Below are positions 11,458-47,386 of a stretch of 64,000 nucleotides of DNA, in pieces (within the stretch, counting starts at the first letter, position 1; every line of letters starts with the position of its first letter). Under the pieces are notes generated by a model. The model was not told the DNA's origin. It saw only the letters and a list, made by a program, of their open reading frames with translations, and did no database searches. Source of the DNA: Zootoca vivipara (taxonomy: Eukaryota); NCBI RefSeq assembly GCF_963506605.1, contig NC_083277.1:47802001-47866000 (forward strand), written 5' to 3'. The position numbers were made by a program, and so were the translations under genes.

Positions 11458-12058
11458 CAGGGCCCCCAAACTAAGGCCCAAGGGCTGGATGTGGCCAAAT
11501 TGCCTTCTAAATCCGGCCCACGGACAGTCTGGGAATCAGCATGTTTTTACATGAGTAGAATGTGTCCTTTTATTTAAAATGCATCTCTGGGTTATTTGTG
11601 GGGCCTGTCTGGTGTTTTTACATGAGTAGAATGTGCATAGCTGCCAAGTCTCCCGTATTCCCCGGGAAACCCCCGTTTTCCCAGCCGTTTCCCACTGGCA
11701 GCCCGGATTTTTAAAAACCCCATAAATCCCCTGGATTCTTACCGGCCCGGGGAGGCTCCTTTTGCGCATGTCTGGAGTTTCTGGACATGCGCAGAAGCAA
11801 TTTCTGGCACTGCGGCCATTTTGGAAATGGGCAGAGCATGTGTACAAGCGACTTCCGGTGCTGCTCTGCCCAGTTCCAAAATGGTCACAGCACGACTTCC
11901 GGTACCGATCCCGGATTTTTCAATCTGGGAGTTGGAACCTATGAGAATGTGTCCTTTTATTTAAAATGCATTGCTGGGTTATTTGTGGGGCATAGGAATT
12001 CATTCATATTTTTTTTCAAGATACAGTCCGGCCCCCCACAAGGTCTGAGGGACAGTGC
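11458..12058. mobile_element. hAT-like non-autonomous element (CAGGGCCCCCAAACT end) hosting a nested MITE
   Basis: CAGGG...CAAACT terminus; internal ~70-bp tandem unit (TTTTTACATGAGTAGAATGTGTCCTTTTATTTAAAATGCAT..); other end degraded. Confidence 0.6.
11636..11943. mobile_element. 308-bp GC-rich hAT MITE of the CATAG(C/G)T(G/T)CCAA family
   Basis: Imperfect TIRs CATAGCTGCCAAGTCTCCC / CATAGGTTCCAACTCCC; 8-bp TSD AGAATGTG. Confidence 0.88.
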
Positions 12059-13079
12059 AAGTTGAGACATGAGTCACCATCTCTTTAGCAGACTAAATGT
12101 TTTTTTTTAAACATGGGTTGCGAACATGGGGGACAGGCGACACTGATTTGTATCTCTTTGAAGCTATATGGGCCTAATTCTGATATGGGTCTTAGTATGG
12201 TGTACTGTGCTTCTATACCACCCAGCTCAGAAAATTAGAGGCAAAACCAAAGTTAGAGGCTTTTGGAGCTGCTAATATTCACTCCCTTTGTGTGTGGGTG
12301 GGGTGGGGTGGGGAGACTAGGAAGTACAGTAAAATAAATACATTGTGCTAACTCGGTTTATGTCAAATTTGCCAAAAAGGGTGACTGTCATGCACAGATA
12401 GATTGCCAAGCCTTCCTTCCGCAACAGGCTGAGGGAAGGGGCATAACCCCATAATGTCATTCATGTGAAATATCAATTTCTCCAGAAAAAAACACACAAG
12501 GCAATAAATAACACCATGTGAAATAATTTTAGTGGAAAATAAAAAGTGTATGTTCTGGGTTTACTACTACAACATGGTGGGCACATGCTAAGGTTCTTTT
12601 TTAACACACCACAATTAATTGCAAGTTACCGTATATAAAATGTTTTTGGTTGTGCTCATGATCAAAAAGCAGCCTGTGATTTACGATTTGGGACATTTTC
12701 ACCAAAGCCCAAGAGGTTATGAAAATAACACAACCTGCTTATAAATTGACATGAGCAAGATTTCTCATATATTTATACTCAAACCAAAATTATGATAATA
12801 ATTCACATGGAAAACATTAAGAGCTTCAGGGAAATGCTTTTTGGTTCCCTGCGCTGTGGTTATTGGCTCCAATGAAGTATGCAGCAAAGGTCTACTGTCA
12901 AACTCTTCTGTTTTCCCCATTCAAACATTGATAGATTTCTTAAAACCTTGTATTGTTTTATAGTCATTAGCCTACATAGTTTGCAGCTCAAAGCTTTCAC
13001 ACCTGCTTTCTTGAGCATTTCCAATTAGAAGAAAGTTGGGAAGCTACTTTAGGCTGTAAATTGTGTCCTCCCTCAAAGA

Positions 13080-13555
13080 AGGCACGTGTTGCGGTGAGAC
13101 CTGGAGACTGACTTCCTGTGTTGTGGGTGGTTAAGATTGGTCAGCCACAACACCCGATTGGTAGGTCCCTCAATGTTGGGTTCAATCTGGCCAATGGGGT
13201 GCAGTCCAAAAGGATAGAGGGACCTATATATACCCATGCTCTCACCATCCCTATGTGAAGGGTATTCCGTTAAAGGAATCCAGGGACTCAATGGTTTGGT
13301 CAACCCTGAGAGGGGTTGTGCCCATGCCTGAGTCCAGGGGGACATCTGGGTGGTGGACATAGCATGTCCCCGGCTTTCTGCCATTCCGGGTGTTCACCCT
13401 AGGCTGACCTATGGCTGATGCCCTGGGTCAGCGCTACCTGCAAGGGTGCAGGGAGCTAATCGAATCAGAGCCTTTGCAACCACTCACTTTCTGTAATCAA
13501 TAAACTTGTGGCCTAAATTCTGCCAAAAAACAAACTAAAATTTGAGTCATGTGTG
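13080..13555 (+). mobile_element. LTR-like or tyrosine-recombinase retroelement terminal repeat-like sequence
   Basis: Several ATTGG/CCAAT boxes, TATATATA (~13225), AATAAA (~13499); ends and TSD not resolved. Confidence 0.4.
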
Positions 13556-13596
13556 AATGGGGGATGTCTCTGGGTCTGAACATGCAATGCTGTGTG

Positions 13597-13597
<1 letters not shown>

Positions 13598-13667
<70 letters not shown>

Positions 13668-13674
13668 TGTGTGT
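13598..13674. repeat. Compound (CT)n(GT)n microsatellite
   Basis: Direct reading. Confidence 0.95.
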
Positions 13675-14428
13675 CAGGGTCATAGGATACAGTGGAGCTC
13701 ACTCTCAGACCTTGTGTAGAATCCCTCTTCCCTCTCACATCAGAGGTTGTACGTGGTAGGGCGAAAAAGGTATGTTGAGGTAGTTCAAGAGCATGTCAAA
13801 GATGAACCCCAAAATGGCTTGGACCCAAAGGACTGAAAGCCACCTAGGTGTGCTGAAATGTGCAGTTCCCAGTGGAGAGGAGGGAAACGTCTTCTTTTTT
13901 AAAAAAATCCAACCTTCCTGCAAAACGGACAGAAAACCACAAAGGTAACCCTTGGACCCACTTCCCAGCAGCTCATGATATGGGTGGTTAAACAGCTCTT
14001 GATTCCACCACCAAAACCCCCGGGTTGCATTGCACCCTTAATATGGCAAATTGGTGTGTTTGTAATGCGTGAAGCAGTCTCAAATCCAACCCTTTCCCAC
14101 TACATGTAAATACTTTGCATATATGTATTAGAACTTTTCTAATTTATACAAAGCCTGTATCATCCTCAAACTGTGGCCACCTGTTGAGATAAGGAGATTC
14201 CCCAGCAAACCTAATAATGGTATTATGCTCTCACATTGGAGGGTCGCCCTCATCTGATCCTCTCACTTGTGCTACATTGAAATTTCTCCTGCATCTCCCC
14301 TCCCAGGATTGTTCATCAATTAATGAGAAAGGAAATTGCACTCAAAAATTATCAGAGGGAGAAAATCCTTTTTTGGCGAGAAGAATCTCAGGAGTGGGTG
14401 CAGAGTATTTGTTGTACTTACTGTACCT

Positions 14429-15163
14429 CTTTCTTTTGCTTAAGGAGAACCATTTTTATTGTTTTCATCATACAACTGACTAGGTTTTTATGGGGGAGGG
14501 GAAAGCATATCAAGATGTTTAGACAGTCTCTCTCATGATCTTGCTTAGTTTCTGAATCTTGGTCTTTGTCGACATGTCAACGAATTTCTCTCCAATGCTG
14601 ACAACCATTCCACCCAAGATTGTTGGGTCAGTCTTTTATCTCGTTTCAGTATTTCTCCTTTAGCTTATAGCCATTCAAAGCTGCCTTCAACTCCGCAAGA
14701 TTAGCTTAATCCAAGGGCTGAGCAGTAGTTACGGAGCATAAAACCTCTCCACTCATAATCTTAGCAAATGCAGAAATTATACCTGGCGTGTTTTTCAAGC
14801 GACCATTTTCAGCAAGCAAATTGATAAAGTTGACAGTGACATTTTCTCTTTAGCTAAAATTTCATTCACGGTCTTTTGCTTTTCTGCACTCTTTATGTGA
14901 GGATTCATGACAATGACAGAAAATTTAGGGTCCTTCTAAAGTGTCAGAACTCGAGTCAGCTCTTTCTCAACCTGGTCCAACTTCTTCTGCTTAGAAGCAG
15001 CAGAGTAGAGTGCAGTAGCATACCGACCTTCAAGGCCAAATACTTGAATTGGTGGCTGTACCAGTTTTGATGCTGGCCTGATTAGGCAGGTGCTGAAGCA
15101 GCGCACCTTCTGAGCCAGCCATCTTCTCCTCCTGTAGGTCAAGCTGGGCCCTCCTCGTCCTCC
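14429..15163 (-). pseudogene. ATP5PO: Processed pseudogene of ATP synthase peripheral stalk subunit OSCP
   Basis: Intronless. ATG at 15122 and stop at 14521-14519. Fragments read [55 protein letters not shown]...[23 protein letters not shown] and [38 protein letters not shown]. Frameshifts and in-frame stops, AATAAA (14460-14455), A-rich remnant, TSD ACTGTACCT at 14420-14428 and 15164-15172. Confidence 0.95.
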
Positions 15164-17568
15164 ACTGTACCTTATTTTGAGGCGGCCGAGGAGTATTTAA
15201 GAGAAGGAGTGGCCTTCCTTTCATTCTACAAATCATCTCACCAGCGGTCTGCATTCTGCAGCCTTCCTGACTGTCTGTGCTTCAATAAAAACCCACGGAG
15301 CCTCTTTGAAGATCAGGAAGCACAGGCAACCAGGAAAGAAAACTGGGAAACTACTGGAAAGGAAAACAGACACACGACCCTCAGCAACCTTGTCACAATA
15401 AAGTGAGCTCAAAACTCCGCACTCATTGAAATTGTACAAAAATTGTGAGGTGAATGAAGCAGAAAAAAGAAGCCTCTTTTGCAAAGGAACAAAACTTTTC
15501 AAAAACGGAAAGACAGATTTTAGTTCAGCACTACCTTCGACTCTCTTCATCAGCCATAACAAGCAGGGACAAGAAATAGATAAAAATCAATGTGATATGA
15601 TAATCATAATAATCATAATAATTACCATGGATACTAGGCAAGTTGTGTGAACCGCCCTGAGACCTCCAGGTAAAGGGCAGTATATAATTCAATAAATAAT
15701 AATAGGCAATTCCAGCACTTTTTGTCATACATAATTCGTTACCACAACTATCATGCTGCCAAACACAGCTCATTGCTAGTGTAAACAGGATCATCCCCAT
15801 GCTTGCAGATGTCCAAGAGACATGAGCCAGAAACATTTCTTAAGATTTCAAGCATTGCATCTTGGTTAAATCAATATCATAGGGATATGGTGAGGCATTC
15901 TGGTTCGTTCACATATTTATATCTAGATCAGTTTCCTGACATGGGTTATGCATTATAGCAAATTTCCAGTACAAATTGCAAGCAGAGTTTCCCGAATCTG
16001 GATTGGAATTGCAGTGGTGTGTGCATGTTTTAATTAGTCAAATAACTCCCAGTCCAGACCAGCCCCCACATGCTAACTGGGGAAAGCTTCTATTGTATTC
16101 AAGGGCAAGCTACAAGATCAATCAACATTCTGTTTAGTTTGGAGCCATAGTGTTCAACTATAGGAGTTGCTATAGTGGTTCATGTGTTTGATGGAAACAG
16201 CTATACAAAACATACCCCTGAAGGATTATTCCAAAAAATGTTTCTCTCCCCCCCCCCAAAAAATCATTTATTTAGGAACCTGGATCTCCTTCGTCCCCCC
16301 ACTTCCATCTACCTCCTTGCATTGTACATGGGATCTACGGGGAGACAGAGATGGTACAGCCTGCAGTCATGCAAAATGTAAGGCTGGTAGGGAAATCTTC
16401 CAAACCAAATCATTTCTAATTGGGAGAAGGGCAGGTGAACGGGAAGAGAGGGGATGCTGTTACTTCCAATATTTCAGGGTTAGTTCGGCTCTCTAAACTC
16501 CTAGTTGCGTGTTCTCTCTTACAAAGCAGAATAAAGAGCATTTGGAATTGGAAATGTCACAACCTATTTCCACTGTAGAACTACTCCTCTGCTTTAGCAG
16601 ACAGAAAGTGTTGAGCATTCTCCTGTCCCAACTTGCTGCTCAGTAAATACTGTGTGTGCCTGGCCTGAATAGTGTAGCAGGGAATGTATATAATCTGCTC
16701 TTGTAAAAATCAGTTCACTTGAGGGCAAGCACATGAAGTAATCCCACTGCCAGTTTTGCCAAGATCAAAAGGACTTTGTGTGATGCTACCATCCCACACA
16801 GTGTTTTTGAATCTCAGGAGCAATTTGGGGAGCAAATATAATAATGTGCTCTGCTGGTCATGTGCAAACGTCCGCAGGGTTCAGGAGTAGGCTGATTGCC
16901 TTGCCTGCAAAGTCAATGGCTGGAATCTGCATACACTAAGATGATCAATCAACAACATTCATCTGAGGATAAAGGGATATAACGCCCATGTATGTACTGT
17001 GAGTCCTCAGTTCCTTGACCTTCATATGCAGATGTAACAATGCCTAATATAATTGCAGTGAAACAAGATTGGCTTCAGGCTTCCTTTAAAACCTGCTAAT
17101 GTCAAAGGCATGTTTGACAAAACTATATCTGGGTCCCTTGCGCCTCTCTTCAGTGAATTTAAAAATTGATTTTAAAAAAAACAAACCAGGTCTGAGAAAT
17201 CAAATTTGAGCCTTCTGGTACAATGCTGTGACCCATAACTGTTGTTTGCATATCACTTCATAAAATATGCAGAGAGCTTTCCCTAGCAAAATAACATATA
17301 TAGGGGAAAATGTGAAGCTGAAAATTGCACTGCACAGCTAACCAACTTCAATGATATTTTTAATCAGATTGAACAAGCAATTATGGTTTATAAAATAAGA
17401 CAGATAAAAAAAATTAATCTGCAAAATACTGCCAACAATTTAATGATATATAATATATATATACATTTTAATATTAAAAGTAAATTGTAAATGTGTCTTT
17501 ATAAACAATAGGCATAAAATAGATCTATAATAGTAAAAGCTCTGCCTCTCTTTTTAAAATGCTTTTTC

Positions 17569-17576
17569 TTCACAGT
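17569..17576 (-). promoter_or_regulatory. miR-27 8mer target site (ACTGTGAA)
   Basis: Exact 8mer in the PPARG 3'UTR; miR-27 is an established PPARG regulator in mammals. Confidence 0.75.
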
Positions 17577-17616
17577 AATTTCTTTAAGTATGTAATATTT
17601 TTCCCTCTCAAAGAAG

Positions 17617-17624
17617 TAGTGCAA
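17617..17624 (-). promoter_or_regulatory. miR-130/301 8mer target site (TTGCACTA)
   Basis: Exact 8mer in the PPARG 3'UTR; miR-130 is an established PPARG regulator in mammals. Confidence 0.72.
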
Positions 17625-17670
17625 TTTGAACAACGTACATAATGTCAATGGATTAGAAATTCTACATCCC

Positions 17671-40849
<23,179 letters not shown>

Positions 40850-42649
40850 TGTAAACCCTGAAACAAAAGAGAGATGAATGAGTGGGTTTTTTGGGGGGGT
40901 GGGACTATATCAATATATAGTTCCTTAATTAAACATGGCCAACATAAGATCAATGTAGTGGGAAAACAGTAGTGGTAAAAAGCAGATGGGCAAAATGGAT
41001 GCACGGAAGGTAGGGATGGATGGATATATCAATTTCAGTTTCTAATGTTTTCAGTTTTAAAGTCCAGGTCTCCACATTTGCATATCAGAAGTACCATTGG
41101 TATTCATCAGTGAATTTCTACTAATATACACATATTGGTATGTAGGTTTGCCTAACATATACATTTCTGCAAAGCAATTTCCTCTAATATAGTACATTAG
41201 AATAATAGGATCATAGAGTTGGAAGGGATCCTGAGGATCATCTAGTCCAACCCGCTTGAGATTATTTTCAGTAATATATAGATTTTGATGCATACTTTAC
41301 TCTAGCATATGCATTTTTGTTGACGTTACTTGATAGGCGATCTGTATTGCAAAATTTGAAGACGTGCAAATTTCAAAGGATGGTTGTTTTCCAGTTTGCA
41401 TATTGCTTCAGAAAGTGTGGATTAATTAGGTCCCCTTTTAAATGCAAACATAATTAAATTTCTTCTCCACCCCTAACAGATAAATAGATGAAATCAAAAT
41501 AGAAAGTTCATGTTCCAAAGAGAGATACTTTGGGACACACACACACACACACACTCACAACAGATGACCATGCCAGATGTGTAATGGCTTTTGAAACAAC
41601 CCAGTTTACCACGCAGCTTGGGTAAGAGAGCACTGTTTAAGAAACGAGTCGAAAGCATACATGGGACATAATAAGCAGTTGTTCTTTGGATCCCAGCCAA
41701 CATTTGTGCCCTGAACATTGCCAATCCACAGCTAACCAAAAACAGAGAACATAGCAAGGCCAAAACGCAACTTCGGTTTTTGGAAGCTCAAAAAGTAAGA
41801 GGCATAGAAACCCTGAGGGAAACTTGCTGCATTGAATAAAATGTGAGTATCTGAGTGATATATTGCTGTTCTTTAAAAACAAAATGTACTTTTGCAAAAA
41901 GTCCATGCCTCAAAATAGGGCTGGTTAGGAGAACTTATTTTTATTATCTCTGGTTTTTATTCTGACTTGGATGGTTTTAATTTATCTGCTGTATAATCTC
42001 TTTTTTCCCTCTGGTAGCAGGGCTGGAAATCCCCCTTCCCCTGCCTGCCTGACAGTGATGAGGCACCTCATCAGAGAATACCATGCTGGGCTAGATGAGC
42101 AAATACTCTGACTCAGTATAAGTCTGCCTCATATGTTTCACTTATGGCATGAGAGAAGACCCATATTTTTTTCTAGCCATCTAGCAAAAGAATCTCCAAA
42201 TATGACGCAGTAAATCTGGAACAATACCAAACCTTGATGAAAAATAAAATAAAATAATCATGGTATTGCAAAAGGAAATGGTTACACTGCATCCTACTTA
42301 ATAATAATAAAAGCAAGCATTTATATAGTACAGGTGTGGAGAAACCTTGGTCCTCCAGAAGCTTCTGAACTATTGCAATTCAGATACATCAGGAGGCTCA
42401 ACAGTTCCCCACACCTGATATTTCAAGCATATTTATCACACAACCATTACCATCTCTATTTAGACATAAGTCCTACTGAATTCATTGGGGCTTACTTCCA
42501 CATCAGTGGGGTTAGAATGGCAGCCTAGGTACCTCTTCTCAGGAACGCTTACAAGAAGTCGGCAATGTAGTCCAGAATTAATATGTAACACTGAAAAGGG
42601 TACAGGCTGAGACCACCTAGATGGTTTTCTGAACATACACACTTTACCG

Positions 42650-42891
42650 CTGCAATACCATTATCATTATTAAATGTATATAATTCCCTTCATCAAAAGA
42701 TCTCCGGGCGGTTTACAGAATAAAATGCAAGATAAAACACAAGTAAATAATTAAACCAAAACAACAAAACAATAACACCCCACTCCCCACAGACACATTT
42801 AAAAGGCTGCAGAATATTAATCAGCCTAGTTGAAGAGGAACGTTTTTGCCTGGCGCCTAAAAATATGAAGACACCAGGCGAACCTCTCTGG
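42650..42891 (-). mobile_element. L2 LINE 3' fragment
   Basis: GGGCGGTTTACA tail motif and TTGAAGAGGAACGTTTTTGCCTGGCGCCTAAA typical of the reverse complement of L2 3' ends. Confidence 0.6.
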
Positions 42892-43064
42892 CAGGGGTGC
42901 CAACTTGAATAAAATATCAGGGGACCCAGGCAAGCCCCACCTCACGTAATCGATCACACAAACCAATTGAATGCCAATGCCCATCAACATCTGGAGCCCG
43001 CCCCCTCAATTATTTTATTGGGGGGGGGCAAAGGGACCTCAACCCATAGGAGTTGGGTCCTATG
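42892..43064. mobile_element. hAT MITE (CAGGGGTGCCAACT / CATAGGACCCAACT ends)
   Basis: Imperfect TIRs; TSD CTCTCTGG/CTCCCTGG. Confidence 0.75.
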
Positions 43065-43118
43065 CTCCCTGGGGTTGTGGTGGTAGTTTCCCCCTCCCAT
43101 ATAGGCCACTGCTTAAAT

Positions 43119-43255
43119 CAGGCACCCCCAAACTTGGGCGCTCCAGATGTTTTGGACTACAATTCCCATCTTCCCCCGACCACTGTTCCTCTTAGCTAGG
43201 GATCATGGGAGTTGTAGGCCAAAACATCTGGAGGGCCACAGTTTGGGGGCGCCTG
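43119..43255. mobile_element. Palindromic 137-bp hAT MITE
   Basis: CAGGC(A/G)CCCCCAAACT TIR; perfect TSD GCTTAAAT. Confidence 0.9.
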
Positions 43256-43911
43256 GCTTAAATCAAACAACCTATCCATACCTGGTGCCTTCCAGATGCT
43301 GCTGTCAGCCACAGCTATCATGGATAATGTCTGGAGGGCACCAGATTGGGGAAAGCTGAATTAGAACCACAAAATACCCAAGGTTAGAACTAATCTTGTA
43401 AAAAAAGAGTAAAAGAAGTAAAAAAGAGAGAGGCTTACTTAGCTTGGGTATTTCATTTGAACTTGGGACCTGTTGGCATGTGTGGACTTTACACCTTTAT
43501 GTAATAAAAACCTGTCTGGTTCTGTTTACTTTGAACCAGCTAACAGCACTATGTCTTTTTCTAAGCAGCTTTTGGCGAGAAAGACAGCAATATTTTATCA
43601 TATAACGTTCTAAGAATAAGGAGGAGAGGCTTGTGTCAACTTTTAACTTCCTCTGTGACATACGCAAACATTTCACAGTAGCTGGTGCCACTGCTAAGGC
43701 AGCAGATGTCCTCTGTGACCCGGGTGAGTCTGGGCATGCCTTTAAGTTTGCAATCCTAAGCATACGACTTTGGAAATAAACTCCCCTGAAACCAATGGGA
43801 TTTTCTTCTGAGTAAACATGTCTAGGAGAAAGTTGGAAAAATACTGTTGTTTTGCTTTTAAAAAGCGATTACAACACACTTAATTCGGGTAAAAGTACTG
43901 AACGTATAAGT

Positions 43912-44019
43912 CAGGCAAACTTGTCCCTCCAGATGTTTTGGGACTACAACTCCCATCACCCCTAGCTAACAGGACCAGTGATCTGGGATGATGGGAATTG
44001 TAGTCTCAAAAACATCTGG
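43912..44019. mobile_element. Palindromic hAT MITE, truncated
   Basis: CCAGATGTTTTGGGACTACAACTCCCATC..GATGGGAATTGTAGTC..AAACATCTGG. Confidence 0.75.
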
Positions 44020-45065
44020 TGGTCAGGTGTTTGCTTGAAGTAGGACATTTATGGAATCTTAAGGTAGGATATTCATTCATTCATTCACCCATAAGCATTT
44101 CTAAACTGCTTAATCACACAAAGGAGGAATCAGTGCAAGAGCCCTTCTTTGCCTGTAACTCTACTTCACTGGGAGCGCGTTGGTGGGTGGAACCATTGCT
44201 GCTGGCCCCCCAGACCTCAATCAGTTCAAAATATAGCTACTGTCTAAAATTAATTGTTGACTGGGACTTTAAGCTATAGGTTTAACATTCTCAGACCACA
44301 ATCTCAGTAACAAACAATTATCTGTGATGATGGAGGGAAAGCATTCTGGACCACCACATCCTTTTGGCCAAGTTTCAAGTATTCAGTGAGAAAATTCTGT
44401 CCGATACCAAAATTATGGCCAAAGGTTTGCAGCCTCCTTGTGCCAGAAAATGCAATGAACTAGAAATGAGTACAGCTAGTCAAGTACTCCGGTGCCATTA
44501 AACAAGGTGGCATTATGGCGCAGCAGGTAGCTACAATGGTGCAAATGAACTAGGGTGTCAATAATACAGACGCATATCAGAAAAAAAATCTGGAAATTAT
44601 CTAGAAATAAAATTAGAATGTGTATTTATTTAAAATGCATATTATACTTGGATCGTGGGCTGTATCATAATGGGATCATCTAGGTGCCTGCAGCAATTAT
44701 ATGACTAGAAATTATTGCAAGTAATTTACTGAGCACAGCATTATATCAAAATAAAAAGGAACACCTTGTTCTTTTAAAACACTGCAGGCTTTATTCAGCA
44801 ATGCACTAAAAGCAACAGTTATTATGCTTGCTAATCATCCCAAAGCCTGTATGGAAATAGATGAAGGAACATCAAAACTAGTAGCTGGCTAGATAAAATG
44901 TAACAAATGATTAACACAATGTAGAAATGGAGACTTAACTGGAGAGATAGATAATGGGTGTGAAAAACAAATTTCTCTGGAAATGCTTCAGGCACCTTGT
45001 TCTCTAAAAATTAGATGACACCCAAGATTTTTAAACAATTATTTGGCTCCATGCAGGGTTAGAAC

Positions 45066-45066
<1 letters not shown>

Positions 45067-45103
<37 letters not shown>
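45067..45103. repeat. (TAA)n microsatellite
   Basis: Direct reading. Confidence 0.95.
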
Positions 45104-45105
<2 letters not shown>

Positions 45106-45452
45106 CAGCTCCTGAAATTGCAGTCCTGATTTCTAATAATCTGAAGGGTCTTCCCCCCCCCCTCCAACTGCCAAAGGGTAATAGAAATTGTCTTGCAAAA
45201 GTATTCAGTCACTGAATGTACAGAGACAGCTTAAGATGAGCACGCAACGTAAAACTGCCATAAACCACTTAGAGGTTTTATAAACAGCTTACAATCAATT
45301 TTCCTACATTCAAACGGTATGTAAATGCTCTTAAATAAGTGAAGAATGAAGAAAAATAGATAGTAAACAACAAAATTCTTAGTGGTTTATAGGGATGAAC
45401 ATTGCAACAGAGAAGCAGTTAAAAGTGTTCTATAGGAACAATTAATATTTGT

Positions 45453-46088
45453 CTGGCAAATAGAAGGGGAAGAAATGGAGGCAGTGAGAGATTTTACTTT
45501 CTTGGGTTCCATGATCCCTGCAAATGGTGACAGCAGTCATGAAATTAAAATACGCCTGCTTCTTGGGAAAAAAGCAATGACAAACCTAGACAGCATCTTA
45601 AAAAGCAGAGACATCACCTTGCTGACTAAGGCCCGTATAGTTAAAGCTATAGTTTTCCCAGTAGTGATGATGTATGGAAGTGAGAGCTGGACCATAAAGA
45701 AGGCTGATCACCGAAGAATTGATGTTTTTGAATTATGGTGCTGGAGGAGACTCTTGAGAGTCCCATGGACTGCAACAAACCTATCCATTCTGAAGGAAAT
45801 CAGTCCTGAGTGCTCACTGGAAGGACAGATCCTGAAGCTGAGGCTCCAATACTTTGGCCACCTCATAAGAAGAGAAGACTCCCTGGAAAAAGACCCTGAT
45901 GTTGGGAAACACTGAGGGCACAAGGAGAAGGGGACGACAGAGGACGAGATGGCTGGACAATGTTCTCGAAGCTACGAACATGAGTTCGACCAAACTGCGG
46001 GAGGCAGTGGAAGACAGGAGTGCCTGGCGTGCTCTGGTCCATGGGGTCACAAAGAATCAGACATGACTAAATGACTAAACAATAACAA
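45453..46088 (+). mobile_element. BovB (RTE) LINE 3' fragment, frameshifted RT C-terminal region
   Basis: MEAVRDFTFLGS...KAMTNLDSILKSRDITL..YGSESWTIKKA..FELWCWRRLLRVPWTA; GACTAAACAA tail. Confidence 0.95.
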
Positions 46089-46187
46089 TATTTCACACAT
46101 ACACAAAAACCTAATGAAGATATTTGATATTTGCTTGGATGAGTTGCCAGCTTCCATCCCCAGTGTTGTTTCTAACATTATAGTTTA

Positions 46188-46466
46188 CAGTGGTCCCTAG
46201 ACTTACAAACTTAATCCGTTCCGAATGCACATTCGTAGGTCGGAAAGTTTGGAAGTCGAAACGCGGTTTCCCATAGGAAAAAAAAATATTTGGAAAAATC
46301 CATGTCAAAAAACTGCATGTAAAAAATCGTAAGTCGAGGAAACTGCATTTAAAGCTGCCAACGGTTTCTGTTCGGATGTAGAAAAATTCGTAAGCGTGCA
46401 CCATTTGTCCCGTTCGTAAGTCGAAACCTACGGATGTCGAGTAATTCGTAAGTCGAGGGACCACTG
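46188..46466. mobile_element. Tc1/mariner-superfamily (Tigger/Tc2-like) MITE
   Basis: TIR CAGTGGTCCCT(A/C)GACTTAC; TA on both flanks. Confidence 0.9.
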
Positions 46467-47336
46467 TACATAGAATTTCTAGTGTCCTGAAAAGTAGGAT
46501 TAGGATCAGGGCATATTGGCCATGAACTTTTAAAGTTCTTTCACCATGAGCTTTAGGAGGGGGAAAAGACACACTTTCCCAACAGTTTGCATTGTGATGT
46601 CTATATATTTGTTGTGTATTAGCCTGGGAAAAGGGTGATTTATAAATGTTTTAAATAAATAAAAGAATCATGTCTAAGAGATTACCATGGCACCAACCTG
46701 TCTCCCCCCTGCCCTGCTCAATCCCTGTTCACAAATTACCCTATAAACCATGCTTACTCTCTGTTAACCTGAATGGCTTGCTGCACTGCATTCTAGACAT
46801 TTCCTACCTACAAACAGATGAAAATATTGTCTCTAGACCTGTTACAAAGAAGCAGTCACAACATCCTGATATAATACTTGTTTTTTTACAAAACCAGTAA
46901 AGGCAAAGTTACAAAAAAGCAAATTCCTAGAGATACAGCCAGGCAAAAGGAGAGAGAAAATAATAAGGGTATATTGATTTTATGTTGATTTTTATTATGA
47001 CAATGACACACAAACTGTATTTTTAACCATTTGATCAGCACCAGGAAGGCCTTGGTGACATAAGGTGTAGCCCTGGGGATGGTGAATCGGGAGAGAGGCT
47101 AAGGCTGGCTTTCTGCTTCACATCTGTGCTAGCTGCAGGCCAGTACTGTGCTAGTTTCCATTTTGTAGTGCTAGCAGCAGACAGCCTATGTACATATCTA
47201 CCCTTACACACAGCAGGCCAATAGCATGCTGCAAATATATTTACTATCTTCGTAGACTCAAAATTCATATAGTAAAGTGAATACCATGTTATAGTAATGT
47301 ATATATCATTTAATTGTCATTTGGCCAGAATATAGA

Positions 47337-47339
<3 letters not shown>

Positions 47340-47369
<30 letters not shown>

Positions 47370-47386
47370 TGTATGTATGTATGTAT
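47340..47386. repeat. (TATG)n microsatellite
   Basis: Direct reading. Confidence 0.95.

Larger units (their letters stand above)
17440..17670 (-). other. PPARG: PPARG 3'UTR, AU-rich, with ATTAAA poly(A) signal candidates (17472-17467, 17444-17439)
   Basis: Follows the stop codon. The block GATCTATTTTATG...TTGTTTATAAAGACACATTTACAATTTACTTTTAATATTAAAA matches my recollection of the mammalian PPARG 3'UTR. The 3' end is approximate. Confidence 0.75.

Noticed and set aside
1-14400. TSEN2, the usual downstream neighbour of PPARG
   Set aside because: No recognisable TSEN2 peptide or CpG-island promoter on the minus strand.
14936-15254. ORFs as a functional ATP5PO gene
   Set aside because: Intronless, frameshifted right after the ATG, internal stops, TSD-flanked: processed pseudogene.
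43430-43510. Second possible upstream PPARG exon (minus-strand donor AA|GTAAGC near 43438, TTATGTAA nearby)
   Set aside because: No in-frame ATG and no clear acceptor or TATA; such donors occur by chance.
45475-45915. 146-aa ORF as a host gene
   Set aside because: 5'-truncated, frameshifted BovB fragment; the same applies to 58553-58855, 9513-9767 (CR1) and 8146-8400 (L2).
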